From Eledone cirrhosa (Eukaryota), in assembly GCA_964016885.1 (NCBI GenBank), contig OZ024741.1, positions 130,634,001 to 130,698,000 of the forward strand: a stretch of 64,000 bases of DNA, in the 5' to 3' direction. The notes beneath the pieces were generated by a model. It was not told the origin of the DNA. It worked only from the letters and a program-made list of their open reading frames with translations, and searched no databases. Positions 1-11,876 of the stretch are shown in pieces; within the stretch, counting starts at the first letter, position 1, and every line of letters starts with the position of its first letter. The position numbers and the translations under genes are program-made.

Positions 1-1
1 G

Positions 2-1528
2 AACGGACACCGAGCAATCTGCAAGGCAGCGAAAAATTTTTTCGAAACCCAAGAGCACTGTACGGTCACGTACCGTACAGTAAGTACAAAATCCCGTAGG
101 GTGGAAAGAGCCACAGAGGCCCAAATACAAAAAGCCTTGGGGTCTGTGTGGCAGAGGAAAACGCACATCACCCGAGGCAAAAAATACGCCACCGTAGACG
201 TACTTTTTGCCACACCCCAGGAGGCAAAGGCCCAATCAGTAGTGACCCTAAGGAGCGAGGAAATGGTGTTGGTGCCCTCCTACTGCGGGCAAAAAATTGT
301 GAGGGTCAAACTGACCCACGTCCCCCCCGGAATGACCCCTTCTTGGCTGGCCGCGTCTGTCCTCGTCGGAATCGAGGACAAAACAACTGTACTGCAAGTA
401 CAGAAAAAAGTAAGAGAAGATTGGGTCGGCTCCTCCATTGAGATGCTAATCCAAACCAACCAGGAGTGCATCGAAGCTATCCCGGATGTGATAGACTTCG
501 ATAACGGCACTCAACTGCCCATAAGTGTTGAGGGCAAACGCCCGAAATGCTTTCGCTGTGGATCGAAGACTCACCTCAGGGCCTTCTGCAACGAGAAGAC
601 CCTGAAAAAGGAGAAAACCCCCCTCCTTCCGAATCCGGCTCCACGGCTACCAGCAACAGGACAAGCGGCAACCAGGAACGATAGGTCCGTGGCACCCATA
701 CCCACTCCACGGAAATCAAAGACAGCAGCAGCAGTGGAAATATTAACAACAACAACAGCAATACCAAATGCAGCTGCAACAGAGACTCCAGTGCAAACAT
801 CACCAACAACAACAAGTGACAGAGTGGAGCTGGTACCCCTCCCCGACCTTACAGAATCAGACATGGAGTGTGAGGTGGGAGAGGGATGGCAAAAGGTCGC
901 AAGAAGGCACAAACGCAGAAGCAGCGCATCGTCGCCTTTGAAAAGGGAGGAAAGAAATGAGAAAAGGGTAAAGTCTACTGCAAAGAGACCCACAGCAGCA
1001 ACACCACCAACACCATCACCACCCACACCAGCACCACCATCACCACCGGCGACAACCCCACCGCCAACAACACCTTCAACACCACCACCACAAGCACCAA
1101 CATCGCAAACACAACAACAAAACACACACACCCAGCAACAACGACAAGAAAATAGCAGAACCACACCCCACCCCCAGAAAAACAAATGCACGGCAATAAA
1201 CACACACAACAAGAAACTAATGACTTACATAATTGAACACACAGACATTTCACAACAGGACTACATAATACCAGCACCAATCAAAACGCCAACTAACATA
1301 AGACTGCTAAAAATAGCACAGAAACAATACACAAACATTAAAACGAAATTCCCCAACGCAGTTGGTGATTTCAGGGACCTAGGAGGAACCATTAATCGAA
1401 GAGTATATTCAGACATTCTCTTAGAAGAGGCGACGACCAGCCGAAGGGACGATTCAACGGTCCCTTCACCAGACGATCAAGTGAAAAGGGATGTAAAAAC
1501 CATCCCTCCTCTACCAAAAGTACGGTAA
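2..1528 (+). CDS. Tx1 ORF1 (type A), nucleic-acid-binding protein with CCHC zinc knuckle; open from window start
   Basis: CX2CX4HX4C knuckle CFRCGSKTHLRAFC, Pro/Thr-rich linker, basic patch. Frame is open upstream of the 101 call (NGHRAICK...KSRRVERATE). Confidence 0.88.
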   Translation, partial: NGHRAICKAAKNFFETQEHCTVTYRTVSTKSRRVERATEAQIQKALGSVWQRKTHITRGKKYATVDVLFATPQEAKAQSVVTLRSEEMVLVPSYCGQKIVRVKLTHVPPGMTPSWLAASVLVGIEDKTTVLQVQKKVREDWVGSSIEMLIQTNQECIEAIPDVIDFDNGTQLPISVEGKRPKCFRCGSKTHLRAFCNEKTLKKEKTPLLPNPAPRLPATGQAATRNDRSVAPIPTPRKSKTAAAVEILTTTTAIPNAAATETPVQTSPTTTSDRVELVPLPDLTESDMECEVGEGWQKVARRHKRRSSASSPLKREERNEKRVKSTAKRPTAATPPTPSPPTPAPPSPPATTPPPTTPSTPPPQAPTSQTQQQNTHTQQQRQENSRTTPHPQKNKCTAINTHNKKLMTYIIEHTDISQQDYIIPAPIKTPTNIRLLKIAQKQYTNIKTKFPNAVGDFRDLGGTINRRVYSDILLEEATTSRRDDSTVPSPDDQVKRDVKTIPPLPKVR

Positions 1529-1563
1529 GTGGTCTTTCCCATCTTTTCCACTCTATTTTAAAC

Positions 1564-4500
1564 ATGACCTCACTCAGAATAGGCAGCATAAATGCGCGTG
1601 GCTTGGGGTCGTCATGGAAGCAGGGTCACCTGCTCAACGACCTCAGGTCACTAAACATAGATGTAGTGGCCATCAGCGAGACCAGAATCTCCGAAGCACG
1701 GGCCTTCGCACCGATCTTCGGCGGCTACGATGTGTACGCATCTCCCAGCCGTCCTGGATCGGGTGGAGGAGTTGCTGTGCTTTTTCGGAGAGGTTTGGAT
1801 CTCGCCATACGGGCCATCTTCCTGGACCCAGAGGGTAAGCTGGTGGTGCTGGACGTGACCAGCGGAGACGGGCAAGCTTTCAGGCTAGTGGCCGTCTATG
1901 CCCCGACAGGAGCAGGGCGGCCTGATTTCTTCCGGCGTCTGGAGACCTTTCTTGGAACGTCCCGCTCTTTAGTGTTAGTGGGCGACTGGAACGGGATCTT
2001 AGATGCACGCTGGGACTGTGTGGGATTAGCGGATAGGGGTGGAGGGTGCAAGAGCCTCACCAACCTGCTCAGGCGTTTTGAACTGTCTGACAGGTACCGA
2101 TTGGATTTCCCGAATGTGCCAATGTGGACTTGGACAAACCGCATAGGGTCATCCAGATCATATCTAGATAGAGTATTTTGTAGGGAAATAGATAGGTCTA
2201 GCATAGGCTGTCCACAATTCAAGATAGTCAGCTACACGGACCACAAATTCGTGATCTGTGTGCTTGACTTAGATAGGCTTCATAGACGAGGACCCGGCTA
2301 CTGGAAGCTAAACGCGTCCTTACCAGCGCGCAAGGCCTACAGAGACCGGATTAGCGAACTAGTTAAGCGGGCGTTGACGGGGGCCATCGTCAACAACAAG
2401 TGGTGGTTTGCTCTGAAAAGAGCGATTAGAATAGAATCGATTAGGTTTAGTAAGGCTTTAGCAATAGAGAAAAATAGAGCAGAGGGAGAACTAGTTAGAA
2501 AATTAGACGAGGCGCTTAGCAAAGGCATTGCGACCGACGTGCTTGCGGCGAAATTGGCCCTTGACCAATTCTTCAATGCAAAGCACGAAGGCTGCGTTGT
2601 CAGAGCTAGGGTGCGTGCTCTCAGACACGAGGGGACGAAAGCCGTTCAATGGGCCCGAGTGGCGGAGGCGCGTCGTGGCAACAAAGCCACGATCCGGTCT
2701 TTGGTGGACCACGACGGGCGCATGCTACTCGATCCCGGGCAAATGTGTGAAGCTTTTCAGCGACACTTCGCTCAGCTGTTCGGGGGCAGCGGGGGGCCGG
2801 GTAGAGGGATGGACTTTAGTGTCTACCTCGACGGACTGCCGCGGCTCTCGGCCACTGAGGCGAAGTGTTGCGAAAAGCCGATAACAGCCGCTGAAGTACG
2901 GGAGGCAATGACTGGCTGCACAAGGGGTAAATCGCCTGGTTTAGATGGTCTGCCCTATGAACTTTACGTACAGATGCCAGACTTGTTCGGAGGCCTCTTG
3001 GCGGACGTCTACTGCAACTGGCAACAGAACGGGAGAATTCCCAGTTCTGTGAGCCGAGGAGCGGTGGCACTGCTGAGAAAGGATCCGAACAAGGGAGATA
3101 ACATAGACAATTTCCGGCCCATAACTCTGCTAAACACAGAGTTTAAGATTTTGGCCAAGGTGCTAGCAAAGAGGTTGGCGCTTGTCGTTGGTGGTTTGGT
3201 GGGAGAGGCGCAGACATGCGCCATTCCCGACAGATCCATCCACGACAACCTCCACCTCATGCGATACATCGTAGAGAGGGTAGCTAGGGAACCTGGCACG
3301 GGTGGGTCCTTGATCAATTTAGATCAGTCGAAAGCTTTCGATAGGGTCGACCATCGTTACCTAGCGGCAGTCCTGAGGGCGGCTGGCTTTGGGCCCGTCT
3401 TCAGAGGCTGGATCGCTGCCATGCACAGCGACATCTGCTCTGTAGTGAGAGTGAACGGTCACCTGTCGGAACCGTTCAACATCATGCGCTCGGTCCGCCA
3501 AGGATGTCCCCTCTCGTCCCTCTTGTACGTATTGACTCTCGAGCCATTACTGCACAAACTGGAGACGTTGAGGGGAGTCCCGCGCGAACTAGGATGCGGA
3601 AGATCCGTGTCAGCATATGCGGACGATGTCACCGTAGTGGTGTCGAACGCCAAACACATCGAGGCGATCGGCACTACACTAAGAGAATACGAAGCGGTGA
3701 CAGGAGCAATGATCAACCAGGAAAAGTCAGTGGGCCTGCAGCTCGGCACCTGGAGAGGCAGGTCCATGCCGTCCAACAGCGTCGTCGGGCGCTGGACGGA
3801 CGGACCGGTTAAATTGCTAGGGGTCTGGTTCGGTCCGGACCTCCAGACGGACAAAAACTGGGACGAGGTGACGAGCAGGGTGGCTTCTCTCACCCAGAAA
3901 TGGGCGGAGAGGAAGCTATCCCTGAAAGGTCGAGCGGAGGTGGCTAACGCGTACATCGCGTCTGTCATCTGCTACCGCCTAACCGTCGTACCTTGTCCTA
4001 AGCCTCGCCTGACTGCGCTGGAGCGTTTGCTCTTTCGCTTTTTGTGGAAGGGACGTGCTCCGATGGTCAGGCGGTCCATCTGTTGTCAACACCCGCTACG
4101 TGGAGGGCTGGGCATGCCGTGGCTGATGATGCGCAGGTACGCGCTCAGGCTACGACATCTCCACCTCTTCCTCGACGGTGATCAGGTGTGGTCGCCGTTT
4201 GCTAGACGCGTTTTTCCCCAGCTCGTTTCCTTGACGGAGCTGCAGTCCTGGGTCAAGCGAAGACCGAGAGGGAGCGCCTGGAGACTGGAATGTCTTCAGG
4301 CGCTCACAGCCCTCGACCAATCGGGCAATGTGATCGGTGGAAACTCCACCTCGGCGTTCTATAGAGGATTAGTGGAGGGGAAGAGCGACGACGTACTTGG
4401 GGAAACTCTAGGCGTCGACGAAAATCAACTAGCCAATCTCTTCGGAAGAACTTTCGGGCCAGGGCCTATGGACAACTTCCAGAAATCTCTGGCCTGGCAG

Positions 4501-4983
4501 TGCTACCGAGGAGCCTTGCCAGTTCGGGATAAACTCTACAGGCATGGAGGTGCCGTCAGCCGGGCATGTCCGAGATGCGCGCAGGGCGACGAAACCGTCC
4601 TGCACGCACTCGTCCAGTGTCCGAAAATTGCTGACTTGTGGGTTTATGTCGAACACCTGCTGTCGCGTTTAGGACGGATCCAGCTATCATCTGAGTCTAT
4701 CGTGAGGATTGCCCCGCCCTCCTCCTTTAGCCGGGAAGGGCAGGCAGTTTTTATCTGTCTGGTGGCCATGGCGAAAGAGATAGTATGGTGGACACGTTTG
4801 AAAGGGCTGAAGACGAGCACTTACCTCTTCGGTGATGCTCTGATTGACTTTTTCAAATTTCATTTGAAAAGGAAAATCAGAGTAGAGAAGGAAGTGCTCT
4901 CTTCCCAACATTTTGTTGAAAGATGGGTGAGAGAAGCAAGAATGGCCCGAGTGAATGGGCCGACTCTGAGTATATATCTGTAA
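1564..4983 (+). CDS. Tx1 ORF2: APE endonuclease + reverse transcriptase + C-terminal Cys/His finger, intact 1139 aa
   Basis: APE motifs SINARGL, SETR, VYAP, GDWN, YLDR, TDH; GYWKLN; RT motifs KSPGLDG, FRPITLLN, DQSKAFDRVDH, RQGCPLS, YADD; CPRC...H...C. Confidence 0.96.
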   Translation: MTSLRIGSINARGLGSSWKQGHLLNDLRSLNIDVVAISETRISEARAFAPIFGGYDVYASPSRPGSGGGVAVLFRRGLDLAIRAIFLDPEGKLVVLDVTSGDGQAFRLVAVYAPTGAGRPDFFRRLETFLGTSRSLVLVGDWNGILDARWDCVGLADRGGGCKSLTNLLRRFELSDRYRLDFPNVPMWTWTNRIGSSRSYLDRVFCREIDRSSIGCPQFKIVSYTDHKFVICVLDLDRLHRRGPGYWKLNASLPARKAYRDRISELVKRALTGAIVNNKWWFALKRAIRIESIRFSKALAIEKNRAEGELVRKLDEALSKGIATDVLAAKLALDQFFNAKHEGCVVRARVRALRHEGTKAVQWARVAEARRGNKATIRSLVDHDGRMLLDPGQMCEAFQRHFAQLFGGSGGPGRGMDFSVYLDGLPRLSATEAKCCEKPITAAEVREAMTGCTRGKSPGLDGLPYELYVQMPDLFGGLLADVYCNWQQNGRIPSSVSRGAVALLRKDPNKGDNIDNFRPITLLNTEFKILAKVLAKRLALVVGGLVGEAQTCAIPDRSIHDNLHLMRYIVERVAREPGTGGSLINLDQSKAFDRVDHRYLAAVLRAAGFGPVFRGWIAAMHSDICSVVRVNGHLSEPFNIMRSVRQGCPLSSLLYVLTLEPLLHKLETLRGVPRELGCGRSVSAYADDVTVVVSNAKHIEAIGTTLREYEAVTGAMINQEKSVGLQLGTWRGRSMPSNSVVGRWTDGPVKLLGVWFGPDLQTDKNWDEVTSRVASLTQKWAERKLSLKGRAEVANAYIASVICYRLTVVPCPKPRLTALERLLFRFLWKGRAPMVRRSICCQHPLRGGLGMPWLMMRRYALRLRHLHLFLDGDQVWSPFARRVFPQLVSLTELQSWVKRRPRGSAWRLECLQALTALDQSGNVIGGNSTSAFYRGLVEGKSDDVLGETLGVDENQLANLFGRTFGPGPMDNFQKSLAWQCYRGALPVRDKLYRHGGAVSRACPRCAQGDETVLHALVQCPKIADLWVYVEHLLSRLGRIQLSSESIVRIAPPSSFSREGQAVFICLVAMAKEIVWWTRLKGLKTSTYLFGDALIDFFKFHLKRKIRVEKEVLSSQHFVERWVREARMARVNGPTLSIYL

Positions 4984-5234
4984 ACTAAAGGTGGAAAACT
5001 GGGAGAGGGCACTTGCCTTGGTGGTCAGGGTCATTGTGGCTTTTTACTGGGCTTTCTCCACAAATGTCCCTCCGAAGTCTCCCCCCTATTGGGGAATTTT
5101 TCATTGTTATTTTTTGTTACATCCTCTGTTTTTGTTTTTTACACGCAGAAATGCCCATTTGTACCGTCCTGCATTGTCCTGCACTGTCCTTAATGTCTAC
5201 TTTATGTAAACCCTTGTGGTTAATAAAGAAATCA

Positions 5235-5288
5235 TTATTATTATTATTATTATTATTATTGTTATTATTATTATTATTATTATTATTA
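5235..5288 (+). repeat. (TTA)n microsatellite at Tx1 3' junction
   Basis: direct reading. Confidence 0.95.
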
Positions 5289-5375
5289 AAATAAAGTACC
5301 AGTGATACACTGGAATAATTGCTGGCCTTGTGCCAAAAAGTAGAAACAATTATTATTATTATTATTAGTATTATT
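5289..5375 (+). mobile_element. 5'-truncated SINE 3' tail plus (ATT)n
   Basis: AAATAAAGTACCAGT...TTGCTGGCCTTGTGCCAAAAAGTAGAAACAATTATT matches the ends of full SINE copies such as 53640-53822. Confidence 0.85.
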
Positions 5376-5379
5376 ACAG

Positions 5380-8300
5380 TTGCATTTATCTTGCTTTATG
5401 TTCATACGAGTTATCACCAAGTCACAACCAGTGACCTCAAGAGACAAGATCCGCCATGTTCAGGAAAGAACATACATACACACACATGCATCTTTAGGTG
5501 TTTAGACTTGTGATGTACTTATATTGACAGAATCTTCCTTAGTATATGGGCAGTTCCCATTAGTACTATCTTTTGTATTTCTCCTATACGCGGGTTTCCT
5601 GGGATTTGCGATAAGTAATCAATAGACCCCTTAGGTATCATTCCCAGAGCGCCTACAACCACTGGTATTGTTTTAGTTCTCAATTTCCACATTTTTCAAA
5701 TTTCTATCTCCAGGTCCTTATACTTGCTCAATTTTCCAATGTTTTTATAGATACATTCTTGTCTATTGGAACAGACATATCAATTAGCAGGCATACCCTC
5801 TTTTTAAAGTCCTTCAATATTATATCAGGTCTATTTGCATCTATTTTTCGGTCTGTTTGGATGCTAAAGTTCCACAGGATTGAGATGTGATCTTTTTCAA
5901 GTATGGGAGGTGGTTGATGCTCCCACCAATTCTTTTGATGGGGCAGGTCAAAATGCTTACACATTATCCAATGTATGTATTGTGCAGCTCTGTCATGCCT
6001 GTTTAGGTATTCGGTTGGAGCTATAGGACTGCACGTTGAAATTATATGGTCAATGGTCTCTGGTTGTTTTTTGCATACACGGCATAATGGGCTGCATCCA
6101 TTTTTAATATGTTGGCTTGGTAATTTTTTGTTGGCAGACACTGATCTTGTGCTGATATAATCAGTCCTTCACTCTCCGATTTCAGTCCAGGGGATGCCAA
6201 CCACTGATGGGTTAAAGTTTTGTCAACATCAGGATTGTTAGCTCGTTCTGGGTATTTTCCATACTGAGGCTTTTCTTGCCATTTCTTAGCCAGTTTCTGT
6301 AGCAGTTCTTTCTTTGCAGTTACTTTTACCTGCTTTGCTTTTTCTGTGTTTTCCATTTCAGCAGTAAATGGGACTTCTGAAATTTGTAGTCCATTACTGT
6401 ATCTTTGTGCATCTTTTGTAATGGAATATGATCTTTTGATGCTTTCGTGTTTCAAAACGAGTTTGATCATCCAATCATGTGATTCCCTTAGATATGTAGA
6501 TAATCCAATTGTCGCAGTTTTCAACGCAATGTCTAACTGGATTAACCCACGTCCTCCTTCTTTCCTAGGGAGATATATTCTATCTATATCTGCCTTAGGG
6601 TGATGCATTCTGTGCATGGTTAAGAATTTTCGAATTTTTGTATCGAGCCTACGGATCTCTGTGCTTGATCAGTTGATGACATTGTAACTGTAGGTTACTA
6701 CAGGTATGGCAAGCGTGTTTATGGCATCGATCCTATTCCTTGCATTCAATTCCGTTCTTAAGATCGCTCTTACTCTGCGGTAACATTCCTTCCTTATCCT
6801 TTCCCTCATTGTCGAGTGCTTGATTCCGTCTCCTTCACAAGCACCTAGATATTTGTAAGTTTTTTCTTGATCAAGTTCTCTTATCACGTTCCCCCGATCA
6901 AGATTAATGTCTGAACTCTTCAGCAGCTTTCCTCTGGTGAACGTTGCTTTGGCGCATTTATCTAGTCCAAACTCCATTTTAATGTCATCACTGAACTGCT
7001 CCACAGTGGATAATAGCCCTTGCAATTGTTCATCATTTTTTGCAAATAGTTTCAGGTCATCCATGTAGAACAGGTGATTAATGGTTTTGTCATAGACTTT
7101 ATATCCATGTTTTGTTTCATTGAGCATTTTACTTAATGGTATAAGTGCGATGCAGAATAAAAGCGGTGATAAAGAGTCACCCTGAAAAATTCCACAATTA
7201 ATATTAACTTCTCCAGCTTCCAGTGATTTTGTTTCACTATTCAAAAGGAGTGTCGTTTTCCATGTCTTCATACTGAATGACAAAAACCTCCTGACAACGG
7301 GGGATATTTTGAAAATCTCTAAACATTTTTCAATCCAACTGTGTGGCAAACTATCGAATGCTTTTTTATAATCTATCCAAGCAATCGATAGATTTTTGTG
7401 TCTATTATGACAATCTTCCAGTATCATTTTGTTAACCAGAAGCTGATCCTTACAGCCATATGAGCCTCGTTTACACCCTTTCTGCTCAATGGGAAATAGG
7501 TCATTTGTTATCAGGTGGTCATATGTGTATTCAGTTAGGACTGATGTTAAAATTTTATACATTGTGGTCAAGCAAGTTATCGGTCTGTAATTTTGGGGAT
7601 TGTTTGTCTCATCATTCTTCGGAAGCAGGAATGTAATGCCGTTAACTAGCCATGATGGTATCTTTTCTGGCTCCTTAACTATTTCATTGTAAAGTTGGGC
7701 TAACAGCTCATGAGACTCTGTGAAGGCATTTATCCAAAAGTTTTGTATTTTGTCTTTTCCTGGGGATTTCCATTTGCTGGTTTTTCTTAGAGCCAAGCGC
7801 AACTGTTCAACTGTTATATTTTCCCATATTTGTTCCTCAAGGTGAGCTGTATCTTTCATTTGTCTGTCTATCCATGGGGCATGTATGTTATGAAATGTTT
7901 CTTCGGCCCAGATCTTTTCCCAGAATTCTTGCACTTCCTCCTTGGGTGGTATTGATTTAGCAGTTATTGTTGACTTACCAATTATTCTGTAGAAGTTTCT
8001 TTGGTTGTTTTTGAACATATTATTGTCCTTATAGAATCTAGATCGTTTTTCAAAGCGCCTTATACGAGCAGCTTTAGCCGACACTTTTTGCTTGATTATT
8101 TCTATCAACATGTCTATGTCACATGTTGATTTTATACTGTACTTTTCTTTCAATTTTCTAAGTTTAGTTTGTTTAACATGTTCACCTACTTTATATTTTG
8201 TTAAAATTTCTATGTCAGATCGGAGAAGGTTTATTTGGCGATTGATGTTCTCTTGCCAAGTAGATTTCTTGTGGGAATTCCTTTGTATTTTCATCTTCAC

Positions 8301-9340
8301 TCCACATAAGTGAGTGGTGACTTTAGCCGATGCATAATAGAGATGATTTAAATCAGTAATGTTTAGTTTGTTTGTGATGATAATGTTTTTGAGAATTATG
8401 TTAGTCTTGTGTATTATCTTTTGGTTCTGTTTGGAGTTCTGGATCTTAGGGAGGGTGTCTCGTTGTCCCATGTCAGATTCTTTCATTTTCATCCATTCGA
8501 TCAAAATTTCATCCTTCAAGTTGGCAAGTTCATTCTCATTCCTTTCTTTATCATTTACGATCTCATTATTTTCATTTGGAGTTTCATCCTGAGCATGCAC
8601 TCCCTCCACTTTTTCGATCCTTTCTTTAATTTGTTCTGTTGCCAGTGATTCCGCCCCATCCCTGGGATTCGAAGTGTTACAGTTTACCTCGTTTTCACTG
8701 ACACATGTTTCATTTTCCCTTCGCTGACTTTGTGCTAATAGCTTGATCTGATCAATTTCTATATCAGTTAGTAACTTTTTTCTTACAATATTTCTTCGTA
8801 TATTGGCTAGTTTGTTACTGTCAGTATAGCCTCTGTTTTCGGGATGTTTCTTTTTCCAGTTGATATATCTCTGTTCTGTATTCGATGTATTTGATGGGTA
8901 GTACATGGCAGTGTAGAAAGCCTCAAGGACTTCTTTATTATCTTCCCTTGACCATTTTTCTCTCTTTTTCTTTGGATTTCTTGGTGGTGAGCATGGAGGG
9001 CCAACAGTAGGAGTATTCCGGTTATGGGAGGTCTCCAGCTCCGAAGTGATGGGATGGTTTGAACCATTAGCTGATTTTTCGACCCCAGTCTGGTTCCTCT
9101 CTGAGGGACGCGGCCCTTTTTTACCCGGGTGACGGCCGATCCGGTATGAGATTTTATCATTAGACATTTACTTTATTTTGTCGCGTTTTATCCTTATCCG
9201 CCAAGGGGTAATCATTTCGTGTTACCACTTCTAGAACGAGTGTCAACCAAGACTAGAGGGGTCGTTCTCCCCTAGAGACAAGGCTATTCCCCGCCGGCCG
9301 CCATCCCGGTATTTCTTGGTCACGGGGTTTTCTTTTTGTT
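5380..9340 (-). mobile_element. R4/Dong-like RLE non-LTR retrotransposon, near full length, copy A
   Basis: Single RT-RLE reading frame with short UTRs; 3' end abuts (TAA)n on its own strand. Confidence 0.88.
5519..9167 (-). pseudogene. RT + CCHC + restriction-like endonuclease ORF, disrupted
   Basis: RT motifs WKSPGKD, YRPITCL, DYKKAFDS, GIFQGDSLSP, YMDDLK; CRVC...H...C, RHD, RPDI, IDMSVP. In-frame TGA at 6669 and two 1-nt deletions (~6100, ~5735) relative to copy B. Confidence 0.88.
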
Positions 9341-9409
9341 GTTTTTTTTAAATTGTTATTATCATGAGTGATTCCTTAATGTGAGCATTGCGTGGCTTAA
9401 GAATGAAAT

Positions 9410-9466
9410 TATTAATAATTGTCTCCACTCCAGGCACAAGGCCAGCAATCACCCAGTGCATTACAA
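9410..9466 (-). mobile_element. SINE 3' tail fragment
   Basis: reverse complement reads GTAATGCACTGGGTGATTGCTGGCCTTGTGCCTGGAGTGGAGACAATTATT. Confidence 0.7.
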
Positions 9467-10323
9467 TAATATAATATACTTTTTGCAGTAGTTGCCTGTT
9501 ATTCTTGTTGACTATGTCGGTGGTGGTGCCGGGGCTTTTTATATTGTTGGTGAGGAAGGGGTGAGCCAGCAGTCCCATATTTGTTGATGTTGACGTTTGG
9601 CCGGTGGCCAGGTCACTAAGTCAATCTATTTATATCTTTTGCTAGCCTCTCCCTTGTCTAGTGATACCGCCACCTTCCCCTTTCTCTCTCAAGTTAACAG
9701 GGGAATAGTGGTGGTAGCAATGAAGGAGTGGTGGCGGCGGCGATGGGATAGTGGTAGCAATGATGGATGGGGTGGGGTGGTGGCAGCGGTGGCGTTGTGG
9801 TTACTGATATGTAGTATCTATGAGTTTGTGTTCGCATGTTTAATATATATTGTGTTGACATATTCCCGTAAAATTGGAATTAAACATTTTGTTAAAATTT
9901 GAGACAATAATAAAAGTAATTATTATTATGATGCTGGGATTGATGGTGGTGGTGGTGAAATTGCCGTTATCTGGCTGTTATATTTAGTGTGATGGGATAG
10001 GTGGTGTATCAAGTTTTTGGTGTTGGTGAAATTGCTGATATTTGGCTGTTCTATATAGTGTAGACAGAGGGTGTTTTCTTCCATTTATAACCATTTTCTT
10101 TTTTTTGAATACAAAATATATAATACAAAATTGAATATTTGAGCGATACAACAATATAATATGGATCCGAAAATTTATGGGACCTCATTCGGTGGTTTAT
10201 GCACCATTTGTACTAAGAATTGTTATTTCACAATTGATTTAAATATGTTAAAAATCAAAAACTTACGGGAGCGATTTCATGACCTTCTACCACCTCGTGC
10301 GTCTTCTTCCCTTATTCTTCTTC

Positions 10324-10375
<52 letters not shown>

Positions 10376-10376
<1 letters not shown>

Positions 10377-11633
10377 TGCATTTATCTTGCTTTATGTTCA
10401 TACGAGTTATCACCAAGTCACAACCAGTGACCTCAAGAGACAACAAGGTCCGCCATGTTCAAGAAAGAACATACATATTCACACATGAATCCTTAGTGTC
10501 TAGACTTGTGATGTACTTATATTGACAGGATCTTCCTTAGTATATGGGCAGTTCCCATTAGTACTATCTTTTGTATTTCTCCTATACGCGGGTTTCCTGG
10601 GATTTGCGATAAGTAGTCGTTAGACCCCTTAGGTATCATTCCCAGAGCGCCTACAACCACTGGTATTGTTTTAGTTCTCAATTTCCACATTTTTCCAATT
10701 TCTATCTCCAGGTCCTTATACTTGCTCAATTTTTCAAATGTTTTTATAGATACATTCTTGTCTATTGGAACAGACATATCAATTAGCAGGCATACCCTCC
10801 TTTGAAAGTCCTTCAATATTATATCAGGTCTATTTGCATCTATTTTTCGGTCTGTTTGGATGCTAAAGCTCCACAAGATTGAGATGTGATCTTTTTCAAG
10901 TATGGGAGGTGGTTGATGCTCCCACCAATTCTTTTGATGGGGCAGGTCAAAATGCTTACACATTATCCAATGTATGTATTGTGCAGCTCTGTCATGCCTG
11001 TTTAGGTATTCGGTTGGAGCTATAGGACTGCACATTGAAATTATATGGTCAATGATCTCTGGTTGTTTTTTGCATACACGGCATAATGGGCTGCACCCAT
11101 TTTTTATTATGTTGGCTTGGTAATTTTTTGTTGGCAGACACTGATCTTGCGCCGATATAATCAGTCCTTCAGTCTCCGATTTCAGTCCAGAGGATGCCAA
11201 CCACTGATGGGTTAAAGTTTTGTCAACATCAGGATTGTTAGCTCGCTCTGGGTATTTTCCATACAGAGGCTTTTCTTGCCATTTCTTAGCCAGTTTCTGT
11301 AGCAGTTCTTTCTTTGCAGTTACTTTTACCTGCTTTGCTTTTTCTGTGTTTTCCATTTCAGCAGTAAATGGGACTTCTGAAATTTGTAGTCCATTACTGT
11401 ATCTTTGTGCATCTTTTGTAATGGAATATGATCTTTTGGTGCTTTCGTGTTTCAAAACGAGTTTGATCATCCAATCATGTGATTCCCTTAGATATGTGGA
11501 CAATCCAATTGTTGCAGTTTTCAACGCAATGTTTAACTGGATTAACCCACGTCCTCCTTCTTTCCTAGGGAGATATATTCTATCTATGTCTGCCTTAGGG
11601 TGATGCATTCTGTGCATGGTTAAGAATTTTCGG

Positions 11634-11637
<4 letters not shown>
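10376..11637 (-). mobile_element. R4/Dong-like element copy B, 5'-truncated, with open C-terminal ORF (10517-11617)
   Basis: Near-identical to 5380-6640; CCHC and PD-(D/E)xK RLE motifs intact; (ATT)n on both sides (10325-10375, 11636-11667). Confidence 0.9.
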
Positions 11638-11667
<30 letters not shown>

Positions 11668-11876
11668 GGCGACCTACGTAGGAAATCGTATTATCGTGAG
11701 CTCCGCAAAGGTTTGTTATTTCCGTTTGTTTAAAAATTGCCATTTATGGAAAATTTTATTGTAAACTGTTTATAAGCACACATACATTGTTTTCCGAAAA
11801 GGACACCCAAAAAGATTGGGGCCTTGTGCCCAAAATTTTAACTTTTATTATTATCCAAAAATTTCTTTGAAAAAAA

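Larger units (their letters stand above)
1..5234 (+). mobile_element. Tx1/L1-clade non-LTR retrotransposon copy 1 (5' end outside window)
   Basis: Gag-like ORF1, APE-RT ORF2 and a 3'UTR ending AATAAAGAAATCA, followed by (TTA)n at 5235-5288. Confidence 0.93.
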
